Below are positions 1-13,448 of a stretch of 64,000 bases of DNA, piece by piece. This DNA is from the human T2T-CHM13v2.0 reference genome, Homo sapiens. Position 1 is the first letter of the stretch; each line of letters opens with the position of its first letter. The position numbers and the translations under genes were made by a program. The notes beneath the pieces are model-generated. The model worked only from the letters and a program-made list of their open reading frames with translations. It was not told where the DNA came from and did not search any database. The DNA lies in the NCBI GenBank assembly GCA_009914755.4, contig CP086569.2, forward strand, positions 20,992,001-21,056,000, given 5' to 3'.

Positions 1-2380
1 AGGGTCATGGTCTTGCTCACTTCAAGAAAGAATGAAGGTGCAGACCTTTACGGTGAGTGTTACAGCATATAAAGTTGTTATGTACGGAGTTTAGTCCTTC
101 AGATGTGTCCAGAGTTTCTTCCTTCGGGCAGGTTCATGGTATTGCTCACTTCAAGAATAAAGCTGCAGACCTTGGTGGTGAGTGTTAGAGCAGTTAAAGG
201 TGTTATGTTCAGAGTTTTTTACATCAGATGTGTATAGAGTTTCTTCCTTCTGGCAGGTTCATGGACTTGTTCACTCCAAGAATGAAGCTGCAGACCTTTA
301 CGGTGAGTGTTACAGCACTTAAAGTTGTTATATTCAGAGTTTGTTCCTTCAGATGTGTCCAGAGTTTCCTTCTTCTCTCAGGTTCATGGCCTTGTTCAAT
401 TCAAGATTGAATCTCCAGACCTTTACGGTGAGTTTTACAGCACTTAAAAGTGTTATGTTCAGAGTTTGTTCCTTCAGTTTTGTCCAGAGTTTCTTTCTTC
501 TGGCAGGTTCATGGTCTTGCTCACTTCAAGAATGAAGTTGCACACCTTGGTGGTGAGTGTTCCAGCACTTAAAAGTGTTATGTCCAGAGTTTGTTCCATC
601 AGATGTGTATAGACTTTCTTCCTTCTGGCAGGTTCATGGTCTTGCTTACTTCAAGAATGAAGCTGCAGACATTTACGGTGAGTGTTACAGCAATTAAAGT
701 TGTTATATCCAGAGTTTGTTCCGTAAGATGTGTCTAGAGTTTCTTCCTTCTGGCATGTTCATGGTATTGCTCACTTCAAGTAAGAATGAAGCTGCAGACC
801 TTTACGGTGATTGTTACAGCATATAAAGTGTTATGTCCAAAGTTTGTTCCTTCAGATGTGTCCAGAGTTTCTTCCTTCTGGCAGGTTCATGTTCTTGCTC
901 ACTTTAAGAATGAGGCTGCAGACCTAGGTGGTGAGTGTTACAGCACTTAAAGGTGTGATGTCCAGAGTTTGTTCCTTCAGATGTGTCCAGAGTTCCTTTC
1001 TTCTGACAGGTTCATGTTCTTGCTCTCTTCAAGAATGAAGCTCCAGTCCTTTACGGTGAGTGTTACAGCACTTAAAAGTGTTATGTCCAGAGTTTTTTCC
1101 TTCAGATGTGTCCAGAGTTTCTTCCTTCTGGCAGGTTCATGGTCTTGCTCACTTCAAAAATGAAACTGGAGACCATTACGGTGAGTGTTACAGCACTTAA
1201 AGGTGTTATGTCCAGAGTTTGTTCCTTCAGATGTGTCCAGTTTCTTCCTCCTGGCAAGTTCATGGTCTTGCTCACTTCAAGAATGAAACTGTAGACCTTT
1301 ACGGTGAGTGTTACAGCACTGAAAGATGTTATGTCCAGAGTTTTTTCCTTCAGATATTTCCAGAGTTTCTTCCATCTGGCAGGATCATGGTCTTGGTCAC
1401 TTCAAGAATGAAGCTGCAGACCTTAGTGGTGAGGGTTACAGCACTTAAAGGTGTTATGTCCAGAGTTTTTTTCTACAAATGTGTCCAGAGTTTCTTCCTT
1501 CTGGCTGGTTCATGGTCTTGCTCACTTCAAGAATGAAGCTACAGACCTTAGTGGTGAGTGTTACAGCACTTAAAGGTATTATGCCCAGGGTTTGTTACTT
1601 CAGATGTGTCCAGAGTTTCTCCCTTCTGGCAGGTTCATGGTCTTGCTCACTTCAAGAATGAAGCTGCAGACATTTACGGTGAGTGTTACAGCACTTATAT
1701 TTGTTGTATCCAGAGTTTGTTCCTTCAGATGTGTCCAGAATTTCTTCCTTCTGGCGGGTTCATGGTCTTGCTCACTTCAAGAATGAAGCTGCAGACCTTT
1801 AGGGTGAGTGTTACAGCACTTGAAAGTTTTATGTCCAGAGTTTGTTCCTTTAGATGTGTCCAGAGTTTCTTCCTTCAGGCAGGTTCATGGTCTTGCTCAC
1901 TTTAAGAATGAAGCTGCAGACCTAGGTGGTGATCGTTACAGCGTTTAAAGGTGTTATGTCCAGAGTTTTTCCTTCAGATGTGTCCAGAGTTTCTTCCTTC
2001 TGGCAGGTTCATGGTCTTGCACACTTCAAGAATGAAGCTGCAGAACTTTACGGTGAGTGTTATAGCACTTAAAGGTGTTATGTCCAGCGTTTGTTCCTTC
2101 AGATGTGTTCAGAGTTTCTTCCTTCTGGCAGGTTCATGGTCTTGCTCACTTCAAGAATGAAGCTGCAGACCTTAGTGGTGAATGTTACAGCAATTAAAGG
2201 TGTTATGTCCAGAGTTTTTTCTTTCAGATGTCTCCGGAGTTTCTTCCATCTGGCAGGTTCATGGTCTTGCTCACTTCAAGAGTGAAGCTGCAGAATTTAG
2301 TGGTGAGTGTTACAGCACTTAAATGTGTTATGTCCAGAGTTTGTTCCTTCAGATGTGTCCAGATATTCTTCCTTCTTGCA
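1..2380. repeat. Partial HOR copy A, homologous to the 2759 bp block at 2381-5139. Positions 1-1900 are about 93-95% identical to B with the 1-1200 part rearranged; about 1800-2380 is near-identical to B
   Basis: Positions 2-11 (gggtcatggt) correspond to 2381 and 5140 (gggtcaaggt) and to 7774 (gggacatggt). The ORF at 1951-2160 is identical to 4710-4919 at offset 2759. The ORFs at 1592 and 4351 align at the same offset but carry several substitutions. Positions 100-700 hold about three extra monomers relative to B. Confidence 0.8.
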
Positions 2381-5139
2381 GGGTCAAGGTCTTGCTCACT
2401 TCAAGAAAGAATGAAGATGCAGACCTTTACGGTGAGTGTTACAGCATATAAAGTTGTTATGTACGGAGATTAGTCCTTCAGATTTGTCCACAGTTTCTTC
2501 CTTCGGGCAGGTTCATGGTATTGCTCACTTCAAGAATAAAGCTGCAGACATTGGTGTTGAGTGTTACAGCACTTAAAGGTGTTATGTCCAGCGTTTGTTC
2601 CATCAGATGTGCATAGATTTTCTTCCTTCTGGCAGGTTCATGGACTTCTTCACTTCAAGAATGAAGCTGCAGTCCTTTACGGTGAGTGTTACAGCACTTA
2701 AAGGTGTTATATACAGAGTTTGTTCCATAAGATGTGTCTAGAGTTTCTTCCTTCTGGCATGTTCATGGTCTTGCTCACTTCAAGAAAGAATGAAGCTGCA
2801 GACCATTACGGTGAGTGTTATAGCATATAAAGTGTTATGTCCAAAGTTTGTTCCTTCAGATGTGTCCAGAGTTTCTTCCTTCTGGCAGGTTCATGGTCTT
2901 GCTCACTTCAAGAATGAAGCTGCACACCTTAGCGGTGAGTGTTACAGTACTTAAAGGTGTTTTGTCCAGAGTTTTTTCCTTCAGATGTGTCCAGAGTTTC
3001 TTTCAACTTGCATTTTCATGGTCTTGCTCACTTCAATAGTGAAGCTGCAAAATTTAGTGGTGATTGTTACAGCACTTAAAGGTGTTATGTCCAGAGTTTG
3101 TTCCTTCAGATGTGTCCAGATATTCTTTCTTCTGGCATGTTCATGGTCTTGCTCACTTCAAGAAAGAATGAAGCTGTAGACCTTTACGGTGAGTGTTACA
3201 GCATATAAAGGTGTTATGTCCAGAGTTTTGTCCCTCAGATGTGTCCAGAATTTCTTCTTTCGTGCAGGTTCATGGTCTTGCTCACTTCAAGAATGAAGCT
3301 GCAGACCTTGGTGGTGATTGTTACAGCAGTTAAAGGTGTTTGTCCTGAGTTTGTTCCATCGGATGTGTATAGAGTTTCTTCCTTCTGGCAGGTTGATGGT
3401 CTTGCTCACTTCAAGAATGAAGCTGCAGACCTTTACGTTGAGTGTCACAGCACTTAAAGGTGTTATGTCCAGAGTTTGTTCATTCAGATGTGTCCAGAAT
3501 TTCTTCCTTCTGGCAGGTTCATGGTCTTGCTCACTTCAAGAATGAAGATGCAGACATTTAGGGTGAGTGTTACGACACTTAAAAGTTTTATGTCCAGAGT
3601 TTGTTCCTTCAGATGTGGCCAGAGTTTCTTCCTTCTGGCAGGTTCCCGGTCTTGCTCACTTCAAGAATGAAGCTGCAGACCTAGGTGGTGAGCGTTACAG
3701 CACTTAAAGGTGTTATGTCCAGAGTTTGTACCGTCAGATACGTCTAGAGTTTCTTCCCTCTGGCAGGTTCATGGTCTTGCTCACTTCAAGAATGAAGCTG
3801 CAGACCTTAGTGGTGAGTGTTATAGTACTTAAAGTTGTTATGTCCAGAGTTTGTTCGTTCAGATGTGTCCAGAGTTTCTTCCATCTGGCAGGTTCATGGT
3901 CTTGCGCACTTCAAGAATGAAGCTGCAGACCTTTGAGGTGAGTGTTGCAACAATTAAAGGTGTTATGTCCAGGGTTTGTTCCTTCAGAGGTGTCCAGAGT
4001 TTCTTCCTTCTGGCAGGTTCATGGTCTTGCTCACTTCAAGAATGAAACTGTAGACCTTTACGGTGAGTGTTACAGCACTGAAAGATGTTATGTCCAGAGT
4101 TTGTTCCTTCAGATGTTTCCAGAGTTTCTTCCATCTGGCAGGTTCATGGTCTTGCTCACTTCAAGAATGAAGCTGCAGACCTTAGTGGTGAGGGTTACAG
4201 CACTTAAAGTTGTTTTATCCAGAGTTTTTTCCGTCAGATGTGTCCAGAGTTTCTTCCTTCTGGCAGGTTCATGGTCTTGCTCACTTCAAGAATGAAGCTG
4301 CAGACCTTAGTGGTGGGTGTTACAGCACTTAAAGGTATTATGCCCAGAGGTTGTTACTTCAGATGTGTCCAGAGTTTCTTCCTTCTGGCAGGTTCATGGT
4401 CTTGCTCACTTCAAGAATGAAGCTGCAGACATTTACGGTGAGTGTTACAGCACTTAAATTTGTTATATCCAGAATTTGTTCCTTCAGATGTGTCCAGAAT
4501 TTCTTCCTTTTGGCAGGTTCATGGTCTTGCTTACTTCAAGAATGAAGCTGCAGACCTTTAGGGTGAGTGTTACAGCACTTGAAAGTTTTATGTCCAGAGT
4601 TTGTTCCTTTAGATGTGTCCAGAGTTTCTTCCTTCAGGCAGGTTCATGGTCTTGCTCACTTTAAGAATGAAGCTGCAGACCTAGGTGGTGATCGTTACAG
4701 CATTTAAAGGTGTTATGTCCAGAGTTTTTCCTTCAGATGTGTCCAGAGTTTCTTCCTTCTGGCAGGTTCATGGTCTTGCACACTTCAAGAATGAAGCTGC
4801 AGAACTTTACGGTGAGTGTTATAGCACTTAAAGGTGTTATGTCCAGCGTTTGTTCCTTCAGATGTGTTCAGAGTTTCTTCCTTCTGGCAGGTTCATGGTC
4901 TTGCTCACTTCAAGAATGAAGCTGCAGACCTTAGTGGTGAATGTTACAGCAATTAAAGGTGTTATGTCCAGAGTTTTTTCTTTCAGATGTCTCCGGAGTT
5001 TCTTCCATCTGGCAGGTTCATGGTCTTGCTCACTTCAAGAGTGAAGCTGCAGAATTTAGTGGTGAGTGTTACAGCACTTAAATGTGTTATGTCCAGAGTT
5101 TGTTCCTTCAGATGTGTCCAGATATTCTTCCTTCTTGCA
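2381..5139. repeat. HOR copy B: 2759 bp, 22 monomers including three 129-130 bp AAGAAAGAATGAAG variants
   Basis: Tandem and near-identical (about 99% or more) to 5140-7460. ORFs at 2848, 2985, 3239, 3318, 3476, 3726, 3851, 3942, 4238 and 4351 each recur 2759 bp downstream with 0-2 amino-acid differences. Confidence 0.9.
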
Positions 5140-7773
5140 GGGTCAAGGTCTTGCTCACTTCAAGAAAGAATGAAGATGCAGACCTTTACGGTGAGTGTTA
5201 CAGCATATAAAGTTGTTATGTACGGAGATTAGTCCTTCAGATTTGTCCACAGTTTCTTCCTTCGGGCAGGTTCATGGTATTGCTCACTTCAAGAATAAAG
5301 CTGCAGACATTGGTGTTGAGTGTTACAGCACTTAAAGGTGTTATGTCCAGCGTTTGTTCCATCAGATGTGCATAGATTTTCTTCCTTCTGGCAGGTTCAT
5401 GGACTTCTTCACTTCAAGAATGAAGCTGCAGTCCTTTACGGTGAGTGTTACAGCACTTAAAGGTGTTATATACAGAGTTTGTTCCATAAGATGTGTCTAG
5501 AGTTTCTTCCTTCTGGCATGTTCATGGTCTTGCTCACTTCAAGAAAGAATGAAGCTGCAGACCATTACGGTGAGTGTTATAGCATATAAAGTGTTATGTC
5601 CAAAGTTTGTTCCTTCAGATGTGTCCAGAGTTTCTTCCTTCTGGCAGGTTCATGGTCTTGCTCACTTCAAGAATGAAGCTGCACACCTTAGCGGTGAGTG
5701 TTACAGTACTTAAAGGTGTTTTGTCCAGAGTTTTTTCCTTCAGATGTGTCCAGAGTTTCTTTCAACTTGCATTTTCATGGTCTTGCTCACTTCAATAGTG
5801 AAGCTGCAAAATTTAGTGGTGATTGTTACAGCACTTAAAGGTGTTATGTCCAGAGTTTGTTCCTTCAGATGTGTCCAGATATTCTTTCTTCTGGCATGTT
5901 CATGGTCTTGCTCACTTCAAGAAAGAATGAAGCTGTAGACCTTTACGGTGAGTGTTACAGCATATAAAGGTGTTATGTCCAGAGTTTTGTCCCTCAGATG
6001 TGTCCAGAATTTCTTCTTTCGGGCAGGTTCATGGTCTTGCTCACTTCAAGAATGAAGCTGCAGACCTTGGTGGTGATTGTTACAGCAGTTAAAGGTGTTT
6101 GTCCTGAGTTTGTTCCATCGGATGTGTATAGAGTTTCTTCCTTCTGGCAGGTTGATGGTCTTGCTCACTTCAAGAATGAAGCTGCAGACCTTTACGTTGA
6201 GTGTCACAGCACTTAAAGGTGTTATGTCCAGAGTTTGTTCATTCAGATGTGTCCAGAATTTCTTCCTTCTGGCAGGTTCATGGTCTTGCTCACTTCAAGA
6301 ATGAAGATGCAGACATTTAGGGTGAGTGTTACGACACTTAAAAGTTTTATGTCCAGAGTTTGTTCCTTCAGATGTGGCCAGAGTTTCTTCCTTCTGGCAG
6401 GTTCCCGGTCTTGCTCACTTCAAGAATGAAGCTGCAGACCTAGGTGGTGAGCGTTACAGCACTTAAAGGTGTTATGTCCAGAGTTTGTACCGTCAGATAC
6501 GTCTAGAGTTTCTTCCCTCTGGCAGGTTCATGGTCTTGCTCACTTCAAGAATGAAGCTGCAGACCTTAGTGGTGATTGTTACAGTACTTAAAGTTGTTAT
6601 GTCCAGAGTTTGTTCGTTCAGATGTGTCCAGAGTTTCTTCCATCTGGCAGGTTCATGGTCTTGCGCACTTCAAGAATGAAGCTGCAGACCTTTGAGGTGA
6701 GTGTTGCAACAATTAAAGGTGTTATGTCCAGGGTTTGTTCCTTCAGAGGTGTCCAGAGTTTCTTCCTTCTGGCAGGTTCATGGTCTTGCTCACTTCAAGA
6801 ATGAAACTGTAGACCTTTACGGTGAGTGTTACAGCACTGAAAGATGTTATGTCCAGAGTTTGTTCCTTCAGATGTTTCCAGAGTTTCTTCCATCTGGCAG
6901 GTTCATGGTCTTGCTCACTTCAAGAATGAAGCTGCAGACCTTAGTGGTGAGGGTTACAGCACTTAAAGTTGTTTTATCCAGAGTTTTTTCCGTCAGATGT
7001 GTCCAGAGTTTCTTCCTTCTGGCAGGTTCATGGTCTTGCTCACTTCAAGAATGAAGCTGCAGACCTTAGTGGTGGGTGTTACAGCACTTAAAGGTATTAT
7101 GCCCAGAGGTTGTTACTTCAGATGTGTCCAGAGTTTCTTCCTTCTGGCAGGTTCATGGTCTTGCTCACTTCAAGAATGAAGCTGCAGACATTTACGGTGA
7201 GTGTTACAGCACTTAAATTTGTTATATCCAGAATTTGTTCCTTCAGATGTGTCCAGAATTTCTTCCTTTTGGCAGGTTCATGGTCTTGCTTACTTCAAGA
7301 ATGAAGCTGCAGACCTTTAGGGTGAGTGTTACAGCACTTAAAAGTTTTATGTCCAGAGTTTGTTCCTTCAGATGTGTCTAGAGTTTCTTCCTTCAGGCAG
7401 GTTCATGGTCTTGCTCACTTCAAGAATGAAGCTGCAGACCTAGGTGGTGAGCGTTACAGCACTTAAAGGTGTTATGTCCAGAGTTTGTTCCTTCAGATGT
7501 GTTCTGAGTTTCTTCCTTCTGGCAGGTTCATGGTCTTGCTCACTTCAAGAATGAAGCTGCAGACCTTAGTGGTGAATGTTACAGCAGTTAAAGGTGTTAT
7601 GTCCAGAGTTTTTCTTTCAGATGTGTCCGGAGTTTCTTCCATCTGGCAGGTTCATGGTCTTGCTCACTTCAAGAGTGAAGCTGCAGAATTTAGTGGTGAG
7701 TGTTACAGCACTTAAATGTGTTATGTCCAGAGTTTGTTCCTTCAGATTTGTCCAGATATTCTTCCTTCTTGCA
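5140..7773. repeat. HOR copy C: 2634 bp. It is copy B with exactly one monomer deleted near 7460-7470, the equivalent of B at about 4705-4830
   Basis: The offset to B is 2759 up to about 7460 (ORF 7110 matches 4351). After that the offset drops to 2635 (ORF 7485 matches 4850, 7576 matches 4987). The block end at 7774 matches the block starts at 2381 and 5140. Confidence 0.85.
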
Positions 7774-10300
7774 GGGACATGGTCTTGCTCACTTCAAGAA
7801 AGAATGAAGGTGCAGACCTTTACGGTGAGTGTTACAGCATATAAAGTTGTTATGTACGGAGTTTAGTCCTTCAGATGTGTCCAGAGTTTCTTCCTTCGGG
7901 CAGGTTCATGGTATTGCTCACTTCAAGGATAAAGCTGCAGACCTTGGTGGTGAGTGTTAGAGCACTTAAAGGTGTTATGTCCAGAGTTTGTTCCATCAGA
8001 TGTGTATAGAGTTTCTTCCTTCTGGCAGGTTCATGGACTTGTTCACTCCAAGAATGAAGCTGCAGACCTTTACGGTGAGTGTTACAGCACTTAAAGTTGT
8101 TATATTCAGAGTTTGTTCCTTCAGATGTGTCCAGAGTTTCCTTCTTCTCTCAGGTTCATGGCCTTGTTCAATTCAAGATTGAATCTCCAGACCTTTACGG
8201 TGAGTTTTACAGCACTTAAAAGTGTTATGTTCAGAGTTTGTTCCTTCAGTTTTGTCCAGAGTTTCTTTCTTCTGGCAGGTTCATGGTCTTGCTCACTTCA
8301 AGAATGAAGCTGCACACCTTGGTGGTGAGTGTTCCAGCACTTAAAAGTGTTATGTCCAGAGTTTGTTCCATCAGATGTGTATAGACTTTCTTCCTTCTGG
8401 CAGGTTCATGGTCTTGCTTACTTCAAGAATGAAGCTGCAGACATTTACGGTGAGTGTTACAGCAATTAAAGTTGTTATATCCAGAGTTTGTTCCGTAAGA
8501 TGTGTCTAGAGTTTCTTCCTTCTGGCATGTTCATGGTATTGCTCACTTCAAGTAAGAATGAAGCTGCAGACCTTTACGGTGATTGTTACAGCATATAAAG
8601 TGTTATGTCCAAAGTTTGTTCCTTCAGATGTGTCCAGAGTTTCTTCCTTCTGGCAGGTTCATGTTCTTGCTCACTTTAAGAATGAGGCTGCAGACCTAGG
8701 TGGTGAGTGTTACAGCACTTAAAGGTGTGATGTCCAGAGTTTGTTCCTTCAGATGTGTCCAGAGTTCCTTTCTTCGGGCAGGTTCATGGTCTTGCTCACT
8801 TCAAGAATGAAGCTCCAGTCCTTTACGGTGAGTGTTACAGCACTAAAAAGTGTTATGTCCAGAGTTTGTTCCTTCAGATGTGTCCAGAGTTTCTTCCTTC
8901 TGGCAGGTTCATGGTCTTGCTCACTTCAAAAATGAAACTGCAGACCATTATGGTGAGTGTTACAGCACTTAAAGGTGTTATGTCCAGGGTTTGTTCCTGC
9001 AGATGTGTCCAGTTTCTTCCTCCTGGCAAGTTCATGCTCTTGCTCACTTCAAGAATGAAACTTTAGACCTTTAAGGTGAGTGTTACAGCACTGAAAGATG
9101 TTATGTCCAGAGTTTTTTCCTTCAGATATTTCCAGAGTTTCTTCCATCTCGCAGGTTCATGGTCTTGGTCACTTCAAGAATGAAGCTGCAGACCTTAGTG
9201 GTGAGGGTTACAGCACTTAAAGGTGTTATGTCCAGAGTTTTTTCCTACAGATGTGTCCAGAGTTTCTTCCTTCTGGCAGGTTCATGGTCTTGCTCACTTC
9301 AAGAATGAAGCTGCAGACCTTAGTGTTGAGTGTTACAGCACTTAAAGGTATTAAGCCCAGAGTTTGTTACTTCTGATGTGTCCAGAATTTCTTCCTTCTG
9401 GCAGGTTCATGGTCTTGCTCACTTCAAGAATGAAGCTGCAGACATTTACGGTGAGTATTACAGCACTTATATTTGTTATATCCAGAGTTTGTTCCTTCAG
9501 ATGTGTCCAGAATTTCTTCCTTCTGGCGTGTTCATGGTCTTGCTCACTTCAAGAATGAAGCTGCAGACCTTTAGGGTGAGTGTTACAGCACTTGAAAATT
9601 TTATGTCCAGAGTTTGTTCCTTTAGATGTGTCCAGAGTTTCTTCCTTCAGGCATGTTCATGGTCTTGCTCACTTCAAGAATGAAGCTGCAGACCTAGGTG
9701 GTGAGGGTTACAGCACTTAAAGGTGTTATGTCCAGAGTTTTTCCTTCAGATGTGTCCAGAGTTTCTTCCTTCTGGCAGGTTCATGGTCTTGCACACTTCA
9801 AGAATGAAGCTGCAGAACTTTACGGTGAGTGTCATAGCACTTAAAGGTGTTATGTCCAGAGTTTGTTCCTTCAGATGTGTTCAGAGTTTCTTCCTTCTGG
9901 CAGGTTCATGGTCTTGCTCACTTCAAGAATGAAGCTGCAGACCTTAGTGGTGAATGTTACAGCAATTAAAGGTGTTATGTCCAGAGTTTTTTCTTTCAGA
10001 TGTGTCCGGAGTTTCTTCCACCTGGCAGGTTCATGGTCTTGCTCACTTCAAGAGTGAAGCTGCAAAATTTAGTGGTGATTGATTCAGCCCTTAAATGTGT
10101 TATGTCCAGAGTTTGTTCCTTCAGATGTGTCCAGAGATTCTTCCTTCTGGCAGGTTCATGGTCTTGCTCACTTCAACAATGAAACTGTAGACCTTTACGG
10201 TGAGTGTTACAGCACTGAAAGATGTTATGTCCAGAGTTTGTTCCTTAGGATATTTCCAGAGTTTCTTCCATCTGGAGGTTCATGGTCTTGCTCACTTCAA
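7774..10300. repeat. Start of the next super-HOR period (about 7.77 kb): a diverged copy of window 1 to about 2500
   Basis: The ORFs at 228-410 and 341-535 match 7988-8182 and 8113-8307 exactly, at offset about 7774. The ORF at 969-1163 is near-identical to 8741-8935 (offset 7772). ORFs at 1558 and 9330, and at 1951 and 9723, are similar but diverged. Confidence 0.8.
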
Positions 10301-10439
10301 GAATGAAGCTGCAGACCTTTAGGGTGAGTGTTATAGCATATAAAGTGTTATGTCCAAAGTTTTTTCCTTCAGATGTGTCCAGAGTTTCTTCCTTCTGGCA
10401 GGTTCATGGTCTTGCTCACTTTAAGAATGAGGCTGCAGA

Positions 10440-11820
10440 CCTAGGTGGTGAGTGTTACAGCACTTAAAGGTGTGATGTCCAGAGTTTGTTCCTTCAGATG
10501 TGTCCAGAGTTCCTTTCTTCTGGCAGGTTCATGGTCTTGCTCACTTTAAGAATGAAGCTCCAGTCCTTTACGGTGAGTGTTACAGCACTTAAAGGTGTTA
10601 TGTCCAGAGTTTGTTCCTTCAGATGTGTCCAGAGTTTCTTCCTTCTGGCAGGTTCATGGTCTTGCTCACTTCAAGAATGAAACTGTAGACCTTTACGGTG
10701 AGTGTCACAGCACTGAAAGATGTTATGTCCAGAGTTTGTTCCTTCAGATATTTCCAGAGTTTCTTCCATCTGGCAGGTTCACGGTCTTGCTCACTTCAAG
10801 AATGAAGTTGCAGACCTTAGTGGTGAGTGTTACAGCACTTAAAAGTGTTATGTCCAGAGTTTTTTCCTTCAGATGTGTCCAGAGTTTCTTCCTTCTGGCA
10901 TGTTCATGGTCTTGCTCACTTCAAGAATGAAGCTGCAGACCTTAGTGGTGAGTGTTACAGCACTTAAAGGTGTTATGTCCAGAGTTTGCTCCTTCAGATG
11001 TGTCCAGAGTTTCTTCCTTCTGGCAGGTTCATGGTCTTGCTATCTTCAATAATGAAGCTGCAGACATTTACGTTGAGTGTTACAGCACTTAAATTTGCTA
11101 TATCCAGAGTTTGTTCCTTCAGATGTGTCCAGAGTTTCTTCCTTCTGGCATGTTCATGGTCTTGCTCACTTCAAGAAAGAATGAAGCTGCAGAACATTAC
11201 GGTGAGTGTTACAACATATAAAGTGTTATGTCCAGAGTTTGTTCCTTCAGATATGTCCAGAGTTTCTTCCTTCTGGCAGGTTTATGGTCTTGCTCACTTC
11301 AAGAATGAAGCTTCAGACCTAGGTGGTGAGTGTTATAGCACTTAAAGGTGTTATGTCCAGAGTTTGTTCCTTCAGATGTGTCCAGAGTTTCTTTGTTCTG
11401 GCAGGTTCATGGTCTTGCTCACTTCAATAATGAAGCTCCAGTCCTTTACGGTGAGTGATACAGCACTTAATGGTGTTATGTCCAGAGTTTTTTCATTCAG
11501 ATATTTCCAGAATTTCTTCCTTCTGGCAGGTTCATTGTCTTGCTCACTTCAAGAATGAAGCTGCAGACGTTCAGGGTGAGTGTTACAGCACTTAAAAGTG
11601 TTATGTCCAGGGTTTGTTCCTTCACATGTGGCTAGAGTTTCTTCCTTCTGGAAGGTTCATGGTCTTCCTCACTACAAGAATGAAGCTGCAGACCTTTACG
11701 GTGAGTGTCACAGCAATTTAAGGTGTTATGTCCAGAGTTTGTTCATTCAGATGTGTCCAGAATTTCTTCCTTCTGGCAGGTTCATGGTCTTGCTCACTTC
11801 AAGAATGAAGCTGCAGACCT
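10440..11820. repeat. First copy of a 1628 bp (13-monomer) HOR unit
   Basis: ORFs at 10486, 10577, 10986 and 11364 recur at 12114, 12205, 12614 and 12992, all at offset 1628 with a few substitutions. Confidence 0.8.
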
Positions 11821-12067
11821 TTAGGGTGAGTGTTACACCACTTAAAAGTGTTATGTCCAGAGATTGTTCCTTCAGATGTGGCCAGAGTTTCTTCCTTCTG
11901 GCAGGTTCATGGTCTTGCTCACTTCAAGAATGAAGCTGCCGACCTTTGCGGTGAGTGTTACAGCATTTAAACGTGTTATGTCCAGAGTTTGTTCCCTTAG
12001 ATGTGTCCAGAGTTTCTTCCTTCGGGCAGGTTCATGGTCTTCCTAACTTCAAGAATGAAGCTGCAGA

Positions 12068-13448
12068 CCTAGGTGGTGAGTGTTACAGCACTTAAAGGTG
12101 TGATGTCCAGAGTTTGTTCCTTCAGATGTGTCCAGAGTTCCTTTCTTCTGGCAGGTTCATGGTCTTGCTCACTTCAAGAATGAAGCTCCAGTCCTTTACG
12201 GTGAGTGTTACAGCACTTAAAGGTGTTATGTCCAGAGTTTGTTCCTTCAGATGTGTCCAGAGTTTCTTCCTTCTGGCAGGTTCATGGTCTTGCTCACTTC
12301 AAGAATGAAACTGTAGACCTTTACGGTGAGTGTTACAGCACTGAAAGATGTTATGTCCAGAGTTTGTGCCTTCAGATATTTCCAGAGTTTCTTCCATCTG
12401 GAAGGTTCACGGTCTTGCCCACTTCAAGAATGAAGTTGCAGACCTTAGTGGTGAGTGTTACAGCACTTAAAGGTGTTATGTCCAGAGTTTTTTCCTTCAG
12501 ATGTGTCCAGAGTTTCTTCCTTCTGGCAGGTTCATGGTCTTGCTCACTTCAAGAATGAAGCTGCAGACCTTAGTGGTGAGTGTTACAGCACTTAAAGGTG
12601 TTATGTGCAGAGTTTGCTCCTTCAGATGTGTCCAGACTTCCTTCCTTCTGGCAGGTTCATGGTCTTGCTCACTTCAATAATGAAGCTGCAGACATTTACG
12701 TTGAGTGTTACAGCACTTAAAGTTGCTATATCCAGAGTTTGTTCCTTCAGATGTGTCCAGAGTTTCTTCCTTCTGGCATGTTCATGGTCTTGCTCACTTC
12801 AAGAAAGAATGAAGCTGCAGAACATTACGGTGAGTGTTATAGCATATAAAGTGTTATGTCCAAAGTTTGTTCCTTCAGATATGTCCAGAGTTTCTTCCTT
12901 CTGGCAGGTTCATGGTCTTGCGCACTTCAAGAATGAAGCTGCAGACCTAGGTGGTGAGTGTTATAGCACTTAAAGGTGTTATGTCCATAGTTTGTTCCTT
13001 CAGATGTGTCCAGAGTTTCTTTCTTCTGGCAGGTTCATGGTTTTGCTCACTTCAATAATGAAGCTCCAGTCCTTTACGGTGAGTGATACAGCACTTAAAG
13101 GTGTTCTGTCCAGAGTTTGTTCATTCAGATGTTTCCAGAATTTCTTCCTTCTGGCAGGTTCATTGTCTTGCTCACTTCAAGAATGAAGCTGCAGACCTTT
13201 AGGGTGAGTGTTACAGCACTTAAAAGTGTTACGTCCAGGGTTTGTTCCTTCACATGTGGCCAGAGTTTCTTCCTTTTGGAAGGTTCATGGTCTTCCTCAC
13301 TTCAAGAATTAAGCTGCAGACCTTTACGCTGAGTGTCACAGCAATTTAAGGTGTTATGTCCAGAGTTTGTTCATTCAGATGTGTCCAGAATTTCTTCCTT
13401 CTGGCAGGTTCATGGTCTTGCTCACTTCAAGAATGAAGCTGCAGACCT
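12068..13448. repeat. Second, tandem copy of the 1628 bp HOR unit. Past about 13450 it switches to a different block type
   Basis: Same offset-1628 matches as the first copy. After about 13450 the sequence instead matches the 3239/5998 and 15374 block type (ORF 13367 is similar to 15374 and 3239). Confidence 0.75.
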
